A stretch of DNA of 64,000 nucleotides from Octopus vulgaris (lineage: Eukaryota), in the NCBI GenBank assembly GCA_951406725.2, contig OX597830.1, positions 68,076,001 through 68,140,000 on the forward strand, given 5' to 3'. The notes beneath the pieces were generated by a model that searched no databases, had not been told where the DNA came from, and saw nothing but the letters and a program-made list of their open reading frames with translations. Positions 1 through 13,972 of this stretch are shown here, one piece after another. Each line of letters begins with the position of its first letter. Within the stretch, counting starts at the first letter, position 1. The position numbers and the translations under genes were made by a program.

Positions 1-239
1 AATGTGCTACCGGTTCCAGTGTCAGTTGTGTGTCAGGTCTGCAGGTGGTCGGTCTGTGCAGATGGAACCGCGAATGGCTCACTATCTCCAGCGACCTCGC
101 ACAGAACCGTCGAGTGTGAGCTGCCATGGTTCATGATGCCGTTAGGACCAGAGAAGAAGCCGGCTCAACCCACCCTGGGTGAACGCCATCACAAGTACAA
201 GTATGTACCAAATGTCTCAATTGTTTCTGAGGCCCAAAG

Positions 240-1370
240 CTTTAAAGGTGCTTTTTATCAGCATCAGCCACATTACCTCATGAGGCCCTGTGCTCGAAAT
301 GTGCTATTTGAATGCCACTGGCATGGGACACCTGTTACATGGCACCAGCTCAGCCACAACTATGATTTGACACTTGGCTTGACTGGTCTTCTCAAGCACA
401 GCATATCTCCAAAGGTCTTAGTCACTAGTCATTGCCTCCGTGAGGTCCAACATTCGAAGATCATGCTTCACCACCTCGTCCCATGTCTTCTTGGGTTTAC
501 TTCTTCCACAGGTTAAATCCATCCCTAGAAATCAGCACATTTACACAGCTGTCTACATCCATATGCATCACATAATCACACTAGCGCAGTTGTCTCTCTT
601 GCACACCACATCTGATATCTCTTATGCCCAACTTTTTTCTCATGACACTCTCTACCCTACATTCACAATGACCTTGTACGTCCAGCAAAGCATACTAGCT
701 TCATTTCTTTCAAGCCTACACATGTCCTTGGCTGTTACAGTCTATGTTTCACTGTCATGTAGCATGACTGTTCGCACACAGGTATCATACAATCTACCTT
801 TCACTCTGAGGGAGAGGCTCTCTTTGTTGCCATCAAAGGTAAGAGCTCTCTAAACTGAGCCCAGCCTATTCTTATTTTTGTAGCTATGCACTCAGAGCAT
901 CCACCTCCACTACTGATTTGGTCACTTAGATAATGGAACCTATCAACTACTTCTAGCTTTTCACCCTGGCATTTGATGGAATCTATTTTCTGTACATTTT
1001 TAGTGTTTATTGTACCTGTGCACCTACTACACACAAAACTATTTCCCTGTTAACCTTCCTCTGATATTGCTGCACCTCTTATGTATCCATAGCTTACACC
1101 AGGTACATCTTATGAAGTTTCTACTTATACTTTTCCTACAGACCAGGCAGGGCCATCTACTAGAAGGGATCTAGGATTTGTCTGCTTTCCTAATTACTAA
1201 GACTTTGGTTGTTTTTGCTAGATTATCTCTAAGGTCTCTGATTCTAGACGTTCCTTCCACATCTGAAATTTCTTCTCTAGTTCAGGTAGTGATTCGGCTG
1301 TAAGAACAAGGTTATCAGCATAGAGGTGCTCCCAGGGGGGGGGCATCTTAAATTCTTCTGTTATTGCCTG
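240..1370 (-). mobile_element. RTE-clade LINE 3' fragment (decayed RT and 3'UTR)
   Basis: Minus-strand translation LEVVDRFHYL.DQIS.GGGCSE...IRIGW.QFRELLPL; homologous to 6293-7021. Confidence 0.85.
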
Positions 1371-1571
1371 GAAGAGTAATTTTAACAATCACACACATTT
1401 TATTGGTGGAAGAATTTACATTTTGTGATATTGATTCCTTTCTCTATTGTATAAGGAACAGATTGATGTAAATTAAACAAAACTTGAAACTGGTTTGTAA
1501 ACTCAATGGGAAATCCATAATATCTGCTAATGATGATCCTAATTATATTCATGGACTACCAGGAGAGATAA

Positions 1572-1606
<35 letters not shown>

Positions 1607-1704
1607 TGTGCTTCATGAGAACACAGCTTATATTATATCCCCATATATATATATGGGTGTGTGTGTGTGTGTCTGGCTTTCACAGCCCTAAGCAGTTTGA
1701 TGTA

Positions 1705-1850
1705 TTACATTTTGACTCTTTGAATTTCAAGTGATTTTGGCACTGCATTCATCTTGATGTTCTTCAAAGTCTTTACATAGTCGATGAAACTGATGCACAA
1801 AGGCAGCTTGTATTCTTTCACTGAATATCGAATTCTATTTTTGTGTGTTG
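1705..1850 (-). mobile_element. RTE LINE RT fragment
   Basis: KEYKLPLCISFIDY.K motif. Confidence 0.6.
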
Positions 1851-2479
1851 AAACTAAAATGACTTCCTCATGGAGGATGAGTGATAACCACCACAACATA
1901 TTTATATTTTTATAATCGCTTTATTATATTTTCTTATAAAATATTGATTTCAAAGGTTGACTCAAGGACAGCAATTTCAGGGGAGGGGTATATAGATACA
2001 TCAACCCCAGTATTCAACTGGTACTTAATTTATCAACTCAGAAAGCCAACCTAAGCTGAACTAGAAATCAAGAAGTAAAGATGAGCAAAATGCTGCTAGC
2101 ATTTTGCCCAGCGAACTAATGATACCTCTGCCAGATTTCCCTCTTATTTTCTTATAACATATTTTTATGGAAGAATCCCGAACACCCCCGAAGTGACTAA
2201 AATTGGACAAACCGATTGCTATAAATAAGATCTGATTATTGAACTATCAGGTAGTTGACGGTGTCAGTTCAACCATGTTGTTTTACCATGTTAATTTGAC
2301 ATGGTTTTGTTTAACAGTCAGTAGTTGAATAGTGAATGCTGAGTATCGTACCTACATTGGAGTAGTGTGTGTGCGTTCTGTGTTAACATATATTTCTGCA
2401 ATAGCTTATTTTTAGATGACCACAACCAACTGTTTAATAATGAGTCATACCATTTTACACTTGATGTGTACCCCGATGT

Positions 2480-3130
2480 CATGACATTTTTGGTGACAGG
2501 ATTATTTGAAGCTCTTGCTGGACTGATATTTGTTTGAACATGGAAGGTTTACTAGTTTCCGTAATTCAGTTACGGCAGCAGCTACAATAGCAACAATAAC
2601 AACAGAATTTCAGAAGCAACAGCAACTGTTAGTACAACTGATACAGAAGAAAACAGAAAATACATCTAGTTCATTCAACCCTGACACTGTCACAAACTCA
2701 ATCTAAGAGTTCGCATGTAACCCAGAGGAGGGTACCACCTTCTCTGCTTACTTTAGAAGGTATGAGGAAGTTCTTAGAGAAGAATGCTGTAACTGGCAAG
2801 ACGAAAAAATAACTCAACTTGTTTTGAGAAAGATAACAACAGCCGAGCATGAGAAATAATGCAATTTCATATTACCAAAGAAACTGGGTGAAATCTGTTC
2901 TGAAGAAACGGTGAATCAAAGATTTTCAGTGGAAAACACTCTTTATGTAATATATGCTGACAATGCATGAATATTATAGAAAAAAAGGACGAAGATTTTA
3001 CTACATACAGTGGAATCATTTATAAGGAAAGTGAGAGATTTAAAATCAACGAATTAACACCAGATATGTTTAAATGCTTAACTTTCATCCAAGGTTTATT
3101 GGTAAGGAAAGATGCAGAAATTTTCATTAA
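2480..3130 (+). mobile_element. Ty3/Gypsy LTR retrotransposon gag remnant
   Basis: tggtgacag PBS-like site at ~2490; decayed frame NPEEGTTFSAYFRRYEEV..EC.NWQDE and ERFKINELTPDMFKCL.FIQGL. Confidence 0.7.
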
Positions 3131-4898
3131 TTTTTGTATGAGAAAGAAACAACCAAAGACATTGGGTGGCTTCTTTGTAGTTTATACAGAAAACGTTAAA
3201 CATCTCTGAAAAATACATGGTCCCCACCCCCAACTAAAAGACATGAAGAACTATCAAACAAGGTGAATAAATACCAGGGATTGGAGCAAGAAGAGAGAGC
3301 TAACACTCAATCCTTCTAGAACTCCCAGAAGGAAAACCTAAACACCTGAAAGACTTTCCCTATATTCATAACTAAATGTCTTTCTCTCTTCTTCATTGTT
3401 AAAAGTAAAGAAACTAGAAAAAATCAATCGTATTTCAATCTAATTACCATTTTAAATGACTGAAGCTTTCCTTTCCCTGTCTCTATATCTTTTCTCTCCT
3501 TTTCTCTGTGGTTAAGAGAGTGAAGGTGTGTGGCTCAGTGGTTAGGGATATTTGGCCCATGATTGTAAGGTCATGAGTATGATTCCCAGCAGTGTACTGT
3601 GTTCTTCGACAAGGCACTTTACTTCACCTTGCTGCTGTCCACTCAGCTGAAGTACTCAGCCACTTGCATGTTAATTTTATGAGCAGACAGTTCTGTTGAA
3701 TAGATAAATAACAATCTCATTGTCATAACCGATGGAGTGCCGTTTTTAAAAGAGTGAAAGAACAGGAAATGTTCCATATTGTAAGGCAAAAATGTTATGT
3801 GTTCAGTATAAGCAGTGAAAGCTAAGACGAAATAATTGCTATTCCGTTGTGTAGTGACTTCCCCCTGGACGCCTGCTCGGTTTGATAAAAATTGCCTGTG
3901 CGTCAATGTTTATATGAGAGCTTGGCCTCCAAATCTGTGAGACCTACAAATGTCACTGTTAGGTCCGAATTTACATCTATTGTGACCCTAATGATTAAAA
4001 AGATTTTCCTACCCCTATATAAGATCTTTTTCATTTTCTTCCAACCATTTGAAGGTTTATCTTGCTCCAGTCCACTCAGCTGGCCAAAATGAGTTGTAGC
4101 TGTAATAGAAAGTGGCTAGTCTTGTCACATTCTGTGTGAGGCTGAATATCTCTGAGAAGTATGTTAATGGTGTGTAATCTGTGGAGTACTCATCCACTTG
4201 CACATTAATTTTTATCTTTGTGTGGTAATGAAACATGAAAGTGACATCCAATATCTTCTGTAGTTATTTGTCTCTGATTTAACAATGTGTCTGTGTATCT
4301 ATGTATCTACTTTTCTTTCGATGTATGTATCAGTCTACTCTAAAAATACTGATAAACATTTAAAAACACAAAACAAACACCACCTTCCTTTCAGTTACCA
4401 CTCACTGTCTCTTTCACTCACTCTCTCTCTCTCTCTCTCATTTCCTCTCTGTCCCTCTTCTCTCACTTTTAATTTAACAATCTGTGTATGTATCCATGTA
4501 CGTATGTATCTATTTTTCTTTCGATATATGCAGCAGTCCTACTCTGATAAAACTGATAAACATTTAAAAGCAAAAAAAGGAACGCCACCTTCCTTGCAGT
4601 CAACACTCACTGTCTCACTCACTTTCTGTTTTTTCTCTCTCACTTCCTCTCTGTCTCCCCCCTCTCTTGCTTTCCCACTCACTTCAACTATACCTCCTCT
4701 GCTTAACACCTTTTTTAAAATTTTTACCTCTCCCTTCAACATTTTTATCTCTTCTTTTAAAATAAGCATGACACATGCCACAGGTATGTATGTAAAAAAA
4801 GAAAAAGTTAGCATATCAATATAATTTAATCAATTTCTATCTTCCCCATCACAACTTCACTACAACTATTGATTTGGTTTCTATTTCTCTTTTGATAG

Positions 4899-4980
4899 AA
4901 ATACTTTAGATGAGGAACCATCAAAACCCTGTGATGCATTCGGTACAGTAAACTTTGTAGGATGTGAGAAAACTGCAAAG
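4899..4980 (+). CDS. TRPM: Exon of a second TRPM paralog (NTLDEEPSKPCDAFGTVNFVGCEKTAK)
   Basis: tttgatag / gtaatt; same phases as exon 49885-49969; shares KPCDAFG; flanking intron sequence on both sides is alignable to 49690-50030 in reverse. Confidence 0.8.
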
Positions 4981-5689
4981 GTAATTGTTTTTTTATGTTT
5001 TTTTTTAATCTTTATTGATATCTGTTTGTAAAAATTGTATTCAATAAATTCATGATTTTGCCAATGGATTTGTATGGCAACAACATTTTAGATCTTTTGT
5101 AAACTGGCAATTATTTTTCATATTGGTGTGTATCAAAGAAAAAAGTTCACAGTTCATTTTTTTCCAGAAGGTATGGAGGTTGGTCCATACTTCTGGGATT
5201 GAATAGTCCCTTAGGTATGATCCCAGGTAGATCCAGGCAGTATTTTGGCAGTATTTTAAAAGATGTGTTCAATTTTTTTCTCCTATCTGTATTCTTCTAT
5301 CTACTTCTACTCTTTATTCCTCTATTTTTATTCCTTATGAACTGTGAATTTTCCTGCCTAGAACTTTCATACATACTCGCCTTAAGGGAGTACCCAGTGT
5401 ACAGACATGCTAGCTTATCACTTGGGATATCTTAGAAACAGCTGTAAGACTTTAAATTCACCTTACTCTAATTAAATTATTATAAATGACTTGAGATAGT
5501 CGTCCTGCCTTGATTTTTATTGTCCTTTTCCTTCAATATATACCTGCTAACACAGAACCTTAATACTGATCCCTAGCTCCAGCCTTAACTGTGAACTTAA
5601 AACCTAACGGATGACCAATTATAGTAGTTAAGTGTACCTATTCATTTAGATTACCAGTGAACTGAACTCCTCATGTATATATATGTATA

Positions 5690-5727
<38 letters not shown>

Positions 5728-5730
<3 letters not shown>

Positions 5731-7021
5731 TCATCATCATCGTTTAACATCTGCTTTCCATACTAACATGGGTTGGACGATTTGACTGAGGTCTGGCAAA
5801 CCAGGTGGCTGCACTAGGCTCCAATCTGATATGACAGAGTTTCTAAAGCTGGATACCCTTCCTAACTCCAACTACTTCGAGTGTGTAGTGGGTGCTTTTA
5901 TGTGCCACCAGCATGAGGGCCAGTCAGGCAGCACTGACAACGGCCATGCTCAAATGGTACTTTTTATGTGCCACCTGCACAGGAGCCAGTCCAGTGGCTC
6001 TGGCAATGACCTTGCTCGAATGTTTTTTCACGTGCCAACAGCACAAGTGCCAGTAAGGTGACACAGGTAACAATCACACTCGAATGGTGCATTTTATGTG
6101 CCATCGGCAAAGAGGCCGGTAGTTGGTCTGGTAACGGTCACGCTCATATGGTACCACGGATGCCAGTCATCGAATTTGATTTTGATTTCGATTTCACTTG
6201 CCTCAACAGGTCTTCGCAAGCAGAGTTTTGTGTCCAATGAAGGAAAGGTATGCATAAGTGGGCTGGTTACACCCATGGCACGGGTCACAAGGTTATTGTC
6301 TCTTTTGAGCTTGCCGGGTCTTCTCAAGCACAGTATATTTCCAAAGGTCCCGGTCACTAGTCATTGCCTTGGTGAGGCCCAATGTTTGAAGGTCATGCTT
6401 CACCATCTCACCCCAGGTCTTCCTAGGTCTACCTCTTCCACAGGTTCCCTCAACCGCTAGAGTGTGGCACTTTTTCACATCCATTTGCACCACATGACCA
6501 TACCAGCGCAGTTGTCTCTCTTGCACACCACATCTGATGCTTCTTAGGTACAACTTTTCACTCAAGGCACTTACACTCTGTCGAGTATGCACACTGACAT
6601 TACACATCCATTGAAGCATACTGACTTCGTTCCTTGCAAGCTTACGCATGTCCTCAGCAGTCACAGCCCATATTTCCAGGCCATGTAGCATGGCTGTTCG
6701 TACACATGCATCATACAGTCTACCTTTTACTCTGAGCGAGAGGCCCTTTGTCACTAGCAGAGGTAGGAGCTCCCTGAACTTTGCCCAGGCTATTCTTATT
6801 CTAGCAGCTACACTTTCAGAACACCTTTCCCCTCTACTGACTTGGTCACCTAGGTAATGGAAGCTATCAACCTCTCGCAGTTTTTCTCCCTGGAATGTGG
6901 CAGGAGTTGTTCTCTGCACATTTTCAGTGTTTATTGCTCCTGAGTATCTGCCACATACAAAATCTATCCTCCTAGTTAGCCTTCCTTTGATATTGCTGCA
7001 CCTCTTATGTGTCCATAACTT
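5728..7021 (-). mobile_element. RTE-clade LINE 3' end with (GAT)n tail, cut by the gap
   Basis: ORF 6293-7021 with RLYDACVRTAMLHG, RQLRWYGHV and GRGRPRKTW. Confidence 0.9.
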
Positions 7022-7121
7022 NNNNNNNNNNNNNNNNNNNNNNNNNNNNNNNNNNNNNNNNNNNNNNNNNNNNNNNNNNNNNNNNNNNNNNNNNNNNNNN
7101 NNNNNNNNNNNNNNNNNNNNN
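7022..7121. other. Assembly gap (100 N)
   Basis: N run; different elements on each side. Confidence 1.
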
Positions 7122-9190
7122 TGTAGACCAGTCAACACAGGGTAGATTGAAGTCTCCCATCATGAGTATGTTGCTAGAATGGCACTGTTGAATAAAGCAC
7201 TTAATGCTGTTGAGGCATTCTTTAAAGCACAGTATGGGTGTTTGGGGCGGCCTATAGAGCCCAATTACTGTCAGATCATTGGCTTTGTTGTGCACGGTGA
7301 CTGATTCACAGTAGCCGTTGGAGAATATACTATTTCCATCTGCCGTAAATGAATCATGCAGGAAAATGGCAGTTCCACCCTTCCTCCTGCCGATACGATC
7401 CGCGCGGATGGTTGTGAAATTCTTCACTCTCACTTCGGCTTCCAAGTGGGAGTTGTCAAGGTGGGTCTCAGTGAGAATGAAGAAAGGGATGTGGTGTGAA
7501 TGGTTACCAACCCAGTCTTCAATGAATTGGACCTTCCATTTTTGTGCATTGATGGAAGGGCTGACACCTTGTGCATTGAGTAGGAATGTGGAGGTTAGTG
7601 TAGTGGCTGGTTTTGACTGTTGCAGGGGGCTTGGATTTTTTGTGTGTGTTAGTGGCAGCAATGTGGGGAATTGGTGCACTGGGGTAATAGCATAGGATGG
7701 TGTTGAGTGATGGCTAGAATGTTTTTTGTATCTCTTTTGCCATGTTCAACATGGCTAAAAAAGAATGTTCCTGCTTAGGGAGCAGTTTTTGGCTGGAGGT
7801 GTGGTTGCACTGTTGGATAGGGTTGTAGTTTCCACTTTTATTGTTGTTGTTTTTGTGTCTTCCTGAAAAGACTGGACCAGCATTACTGCAGCATGGTGTG
7901 TTTCTATTTTTATTTTTATTCAGGTTTGTGTGTTGGCTTGAAGCCCCGTTTCTGTTTGTGCGTCGGGTCCCTGGAAGATGAGTGAAGGGACAGTCACTCA
8001 GCAGACATGTTCTCTCACGTTGGGAATACCGGCAGATTTTGGGACTCCGAGTTGTGTGTGTTTTGAATTTCGATTTACTATTTGGTGGCGTTGATGTTAT
8101 TGTGGGATGCGTGCTTTGGCCTTGGCCGGTAGTGCGTCTAGTGCCGGGTAGATGCGGGAAGATGCAGTCACTATTTGTGCAGAGTCTCTGGCGCAGTGAA
8201 TAGCGGCATATTTGGGGATTTCTTGTTTGTGCCGTGGGGGGCGCATTCTGCTTCCTATGTTTCTTTAAGTTTTTGTTACTGCAGTAGTATTGAGGTGGTG
8301 ATGTGGGGGAAGAGGGCAGTGGTTTCTTATTTGGTTTTCTGTTGGTATTTTTGGTGATAGAAGACGATGGTGGCAGCGGTGGTGATGATGATGATGATAA
8401 TTGTGGTGGTTGCTGTGAGAGCGGTGAAAAGATACTGGCATTTAGTGAATCATCTAGTAAGCTAGAGTTGAGGAGTGGCTGTTGTTGTTCTTGTTGCTGT
8501 GGCTGTTGTTGTTGTTGTTGTGCTTGACCGATGTTAGGGTCAGCCATTGTGCTGGGAACCAGGAGTGGCTCATTCTGTTGTTGTTGTTGTTGTGGCTGCT
8601 GATTTTCTAGCTGTTGCTGTTCTTGAACTGTGAAAATATGAAGAAGCTTTTCATAATGGCCTTTTGTCAGTTTGAAAGATACTTCGATATGTTTCAGCTT
8701 GCTTCGAATCTGTTTGACGGATCGTGTGTTGACCACTTGTGATGTTTTTTCGGCAATCTCATTCAAACACAAAACATTTAGATTTTCTGTTTGGGAAAGA
8801 GAGAACCATGTGTTTATTAAAACATCAATTTCGTTATCAGACCAATTTCGTCTGTTGCAGGCCTGCAAGTTAGTCATGTTTGTTTTTCTTTTGTTTGTTT
8901 TCCCTTTGATTTTTGAAAATATATATATATTCTTTCTTGGGAGTTAAAGAAGTGTATATATATATATAAATGTTCTCTCTTAAGGGTGTGAGTTTTTGAT
9001 TATTTGGTTGTTTGAGGATATTAAAAGAAAAACAGGTGTATATAACAATTTGTAGTTAAATGAAAACGTACTTACGGGTTTGTAGGCAAACACGTGGTTA
9101 CAAATATATATATATTTAAGGTCAGTTAGTTTTGAAGCTGTGTAGCTTGCTACTGACTTGGGAGAGAAACAAATAGACGTCCGTCCACTT
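7122..9190 (-). mobile_element. APE-type LINE (CR1/L2-like) 5' half: ORF1 7714-8877 and start of ORF2 endonuclease 7122-7679
   Basis: ORF2 has NAQG, LTETHL, RADR.GRRKGGTAI, GLYRPP and MGDFNLP (APE motifs); ORF1 is an open 387 aa with two CCCH fingers. Confidence 0.88.
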
Positions 9191-9203
9191 CAACAGTTAA
9201 TAA

Positions 9204-9776
<573 letters not shown>

Positions 9777-10135
9777 CAACAATTGAGGGTAAAATTAATT
9801 AATTAATCAATTTCACCAAGTGTTCAGTATGTAAAAGCACCATTTAAGGCGAATTCAAAATATTACATTATATAATTAGGCTTAGTAAAATAAATTACTT
9901 ATAATATCAACAATTATAATTCATTTCTCTCGGTCATACTGCCTCGGTTCTAGCGGTTAAAATATAATGTTTGCTAGATAGACCACGTGGGTGGAATGGG
10001 GAGTGCAGAATTTTACGCCTGCGCATTTTGAATTTGTTGACACTGTTAGTTGATAGAGTGGTTCATCTGAAGCGAGTAGTTCGCTGATAGGTAAAGTTCC
10101 TTCTTTTTAGTGTTTCCAAATCCAAATTAAGAAAT

Positions 10136-10198
10136 TTTGAGCTGACGAAAGAAATGCTGATTTTATTTGGCTAATCTTGAAACGTTGACCTACTCAAA
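10136..10198 (+). ncRNA. Decayed hammerhead motif
   Basis: tttgag-CTGACGA-aaga...tctt-GAAA-cgttgacc-TA-ctcaaa; stem III mismatched. Confidence 0.5.
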
Positions 10199-10390
10199 CG
10201 ATCTATGTACTTGTGATATTTTTCTGTATTTACCCCAAAACCTTCGTGAGCTGTCTGGAGTAAACATTAGCTGAGAGAAATTTTCTTTAAGTAGTAGAAA
10301 TGCTAAGAAAATTTTTTTTGGCTGCTATTTCTACTAAGTTCAGTATGTGGCAAAGTAATTTATTTTACTAAGCCCTAATTATATAATGTA

Positions 10391-10462
<72 letters not shown>

Positions 10463-10929
10463 TGTGTGTGTGAGTGTGTGTCTAGAGATGTGTGTATCAA
10501 TAAAGATATTGAGAAAATCCCATTTTTAATTGTTGAATTCACCTTACAGAAGCTGATGATCGTTTCTGTTGTACCAACATGTTTAGCTACAAAATATATC
10601 ATTCAAATCTATTTGTCCGAAAATACATGTTAATACAATGTTTTCAATTCGAGCCAAAGCTAGTTAAATTCAAAGTGAACTAAGAAAATATCTCCAGTAC
10701 AAGAACACGTACAAAAAGAACGTTAAGAAGAATCATAATCTAAGAAATTTTTGTGTTCAACTATTTGTGACATAATTGGATAACAGAAGAGTAAAAAAAT
10801 AAACATATGAACTCTACGTTATGACAGTTAGAAACAAATATTTTATGTTATATCTATTTATTAAATATAGTAAACATTTATCAAAACATTATGCTTATGA
10901 TATATGAAAAGCAATTATAATTAAGAACT

Positions 10930-13530
10930 ACCAGTGAACTACCAGTGAACTAAAGTAACACCCCTTATTTTTCGAGCCCCATCTGGAGTATTTGAGCGGT
11001 TCCTAGCAGTGATGTTTTCTGCAAGTTCTCCACCCTCATTGCAGCCCCTATTTGTTCCATGTACTCCTGAAGATTTTTATTCACTCTTCTCAGGGCTCCG
11101 AAAATAATAATACGTTTTTCAGCGACTACAACTTCTTACCCTCCCAAGCTAGCCTAGCATATCTATCGACTTTTTCTTCCTTATCGCATATCTTGTTATC
11201 AGCTTGGCGTGCTATATCTACGATCCAGCATAGTTTGTTGTCTTCCTCAATTAAGACTATGCCTGGTTTCCTATTCTCTATCTCATGGTCGCACTGAATC
11301 ATAAAATCTCACAGGATCTTTGCATTATCATTTTCGATGATGCTTTCGGGTTTATGCTCATACCAATTTTTTGCCCTGTCAAGTTCATACTTGTTGCAAA
11401 GTGTCTAAAGGACAATCCTTGCTATATTGTCATGACGTCTTTTATATTCCTTCTGGGCTAGTGGCGTACATTGACTGGTAATATGCCATACGGTTTTATC
11501 ATTTTGTCCACAAATTCTGCACTTACCACTTTTTATACGTTGCCTATTCTGTATTTGATGTAATTGGTTCTAAATACTTGATCTTGGGCAGCACAGGTTA
11601 GAGCCTCTGTTTCCGGTTTTAAATTACTTTTAGTCATCCATAGCCACCTTTTTTTCTGTCTGTCTTATTTTTAACATCCCTATGAAATTATCCATGCATT
11701 CTTTTCTTTATCCTCCAATTTTCAGTTTCATTCATTCTCAAGTGCTTGTACAGTGCTTTATCATTGCAATCTTTCATCCTACTCAAGCCTGACCTTCTTC
11801 TAATTATCGCGGTTCTGTGGCATTTTTTACATACCATGTTATGTTGTTTTCTTCTGCTCCAATGCTATGTTCACATCCAATCAGTCCTCTTCCCCCATTT
11901 TTTTTGGTACATACAGTCTGTGTCACTTTTTGGGTGGAATGTCCCATATCTAGTTAGCAACTTCCTTGTCTTTCTGCCTAAGGTGTTTAGTTTGTGTACT
12001 GTCCATGCAATTACCCCTACTCCATATCTAAGGAGTGAAACCGCCCACGTGTTGATAGCTTCAATCTTATTCCGTCCGTTTAATTTAGACTTAAGGATCA
12101 GTCTCAGTTTGCGCAAGTACTCCACCTTAAATTTTTCTGTCATTTTATTCTCAGTCAGTTTATCCATTTCCAGTCCTGAAGTTCGTCTCTTTTATCTGCT
12201 TCCCAACCTCCCCCGACGGTATAGATAGCCCATCCATACATTTGATTTTGCCTCTCTTCAAGACTAACGTAGCACATTTTTTCATTCTGAACTCCATTCT
12301 GATATCAGCACTGAAAGTATCAACGAGAACTGATTTAGGATTCCTCTTTACCATAAAGTTTGAGGTCATCCATGAATAACAAATGGTTGAATTTTTGTTG
12401 GCGGCCTTTGAATACATACCTAGCCTTTGGTTTCCTCAGTATCAGTGTTAGTGGTATCATGCACATTACAAAGATCAGTGAGGACAGGGAGTCCCCTTGG
12501 AAGATGCCTCTCCTGGGTTCTATTGTCCATAAACTTCTTCCATATGCTGTCAGGTCTGTCCCCCACTTCCCCATACTTTTTCCAAGCAATCGCTCAACAT
12601 TCAATGCAATACCAAATAGGTTCATACACTCCATGATCCATGAATGTGGGATCATATTGTATGCCTTACGATAGTTGATCCATGACATGGCTAAGTTAGT
12701 TTTCCTTTTCTTGTAGTCTCTAAGTACAGTTTTGTTCACCAGAAGTTGATCCTTAGTACATCTGTACATACACTTGCAACCCTTCTTCTCATGTAGCAGG
12801 ACTCCATTTTTTCAGGGTGTCTGTATATTGCCTCTCCAACTATTCCAGCCAATAATTATCACATAAGTGGCAAACAGGATATCAGCCTGTAATTGTCCAC
12901 CGTATTGTCTTTTCCGATATTTTTCAAGCACAGCACTATCCTACCCATTGTCAACCATTCTGGTGTTACTTGGTTGGCATTTAACAAGGTGTTGAGTTGT
13001 GCAGCTATTCGTGTATGACATTCACCAAATCTTTTGATCCAGTAGCCTTGAACTCCACCTGGTCCTGGGGCCTTCCAGTTGCTCATTTTTTTGCTGATTT
13101 CCTTCACTTCCCTAATTGAAATGACTAGTTCTGCCTCTTTTGGACATATTACTGTTTAGTTCAGTTCTTGCAGCAATCCAGCACCCTTGTGCTCCTTGTC
13201 TTTGCTCAAGATGTCACTCTAAAACCTTTGGCTTTCATTGTTATCTGGTATCAACTTTTCCTCGGTACACTCTCCATTTATTTCTTTATAGAATCTCTTC
13301 TGATCTACTCTGAATAATCTATTCTGATGATATCCCTTCCTTCCTTGGTCGTATCTTACCATTTTTGCTTTCATTGCAATGAGGCGCTGTTTCAGTTCCT
13401 CCATTACCACTTTCAGGCCCTTTGTTTCAATATTATACTTGCTGTTCAGAGCCCTGTACTTTTGTTCGCTTCCAAGCTCCCCCTTCTCTTTTCGGTCTAA
13501 CACAGAAATGACTTTAAATGCCTGATTCAC
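10930..13530 (-). mobile_element. Dong/R4-clade LINE (RT plus REL endonuclease), decayed
   Basis: NWKAPG.GGVQGYWIK, GIFQGDSLS, HLLFMDDLKLY and INTWAVSLLRYG fragments. Confidence 0.9.
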
Positions 13531-13699
13531 CCAAATCCTAATCTATATATATATGAACGTGAGTGTATCTTTGTATGTATATATAATATAATATAAGGTA
13601 AATAATTATTAATTTTAAAATCAACAATTATTACCGAGTAGTTTTCGGTATGGAAATATAACCATTATCGGTAGGAACTTTTATATATATATACATCTA

Positions 13700-13754
<55 letters not shown>

Positions 13755-13915
13755 GGTAAGCAACAGGTTGCTTAGCCACACACCGAAAATTTAGAAATAG
13801 CAGTCAAAAACTGCTTATTTCTATTTTCTACCAATATAACTCCACATATAATATATACATGTAACTCACATATGTAAAAAGAAGGAAAAACAACGAAAAC
13901 AAAGTCTTTGGTCAG

Positions 13916-13972
13916 TTACAGACGTGTTTCTGGGTTAGAATTTTAGATAACTCATTCCCGTCTTCAGCGCAA
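13916..13972 (-). ncRNA. Type I hammerhead motif (Penelope pLTR-like)
   Basis: Minus strand: ttgcg-CTGAAGA-cggg...ccca-GAAA-cacg-TC-tgtaa; near (TA)n. Confidence 0.6.

Noticed and set aside
10543-10586. Possible small minus-strand exon (ttttgtag...gt)
   Set aside because: No TRPM similarity in any frame
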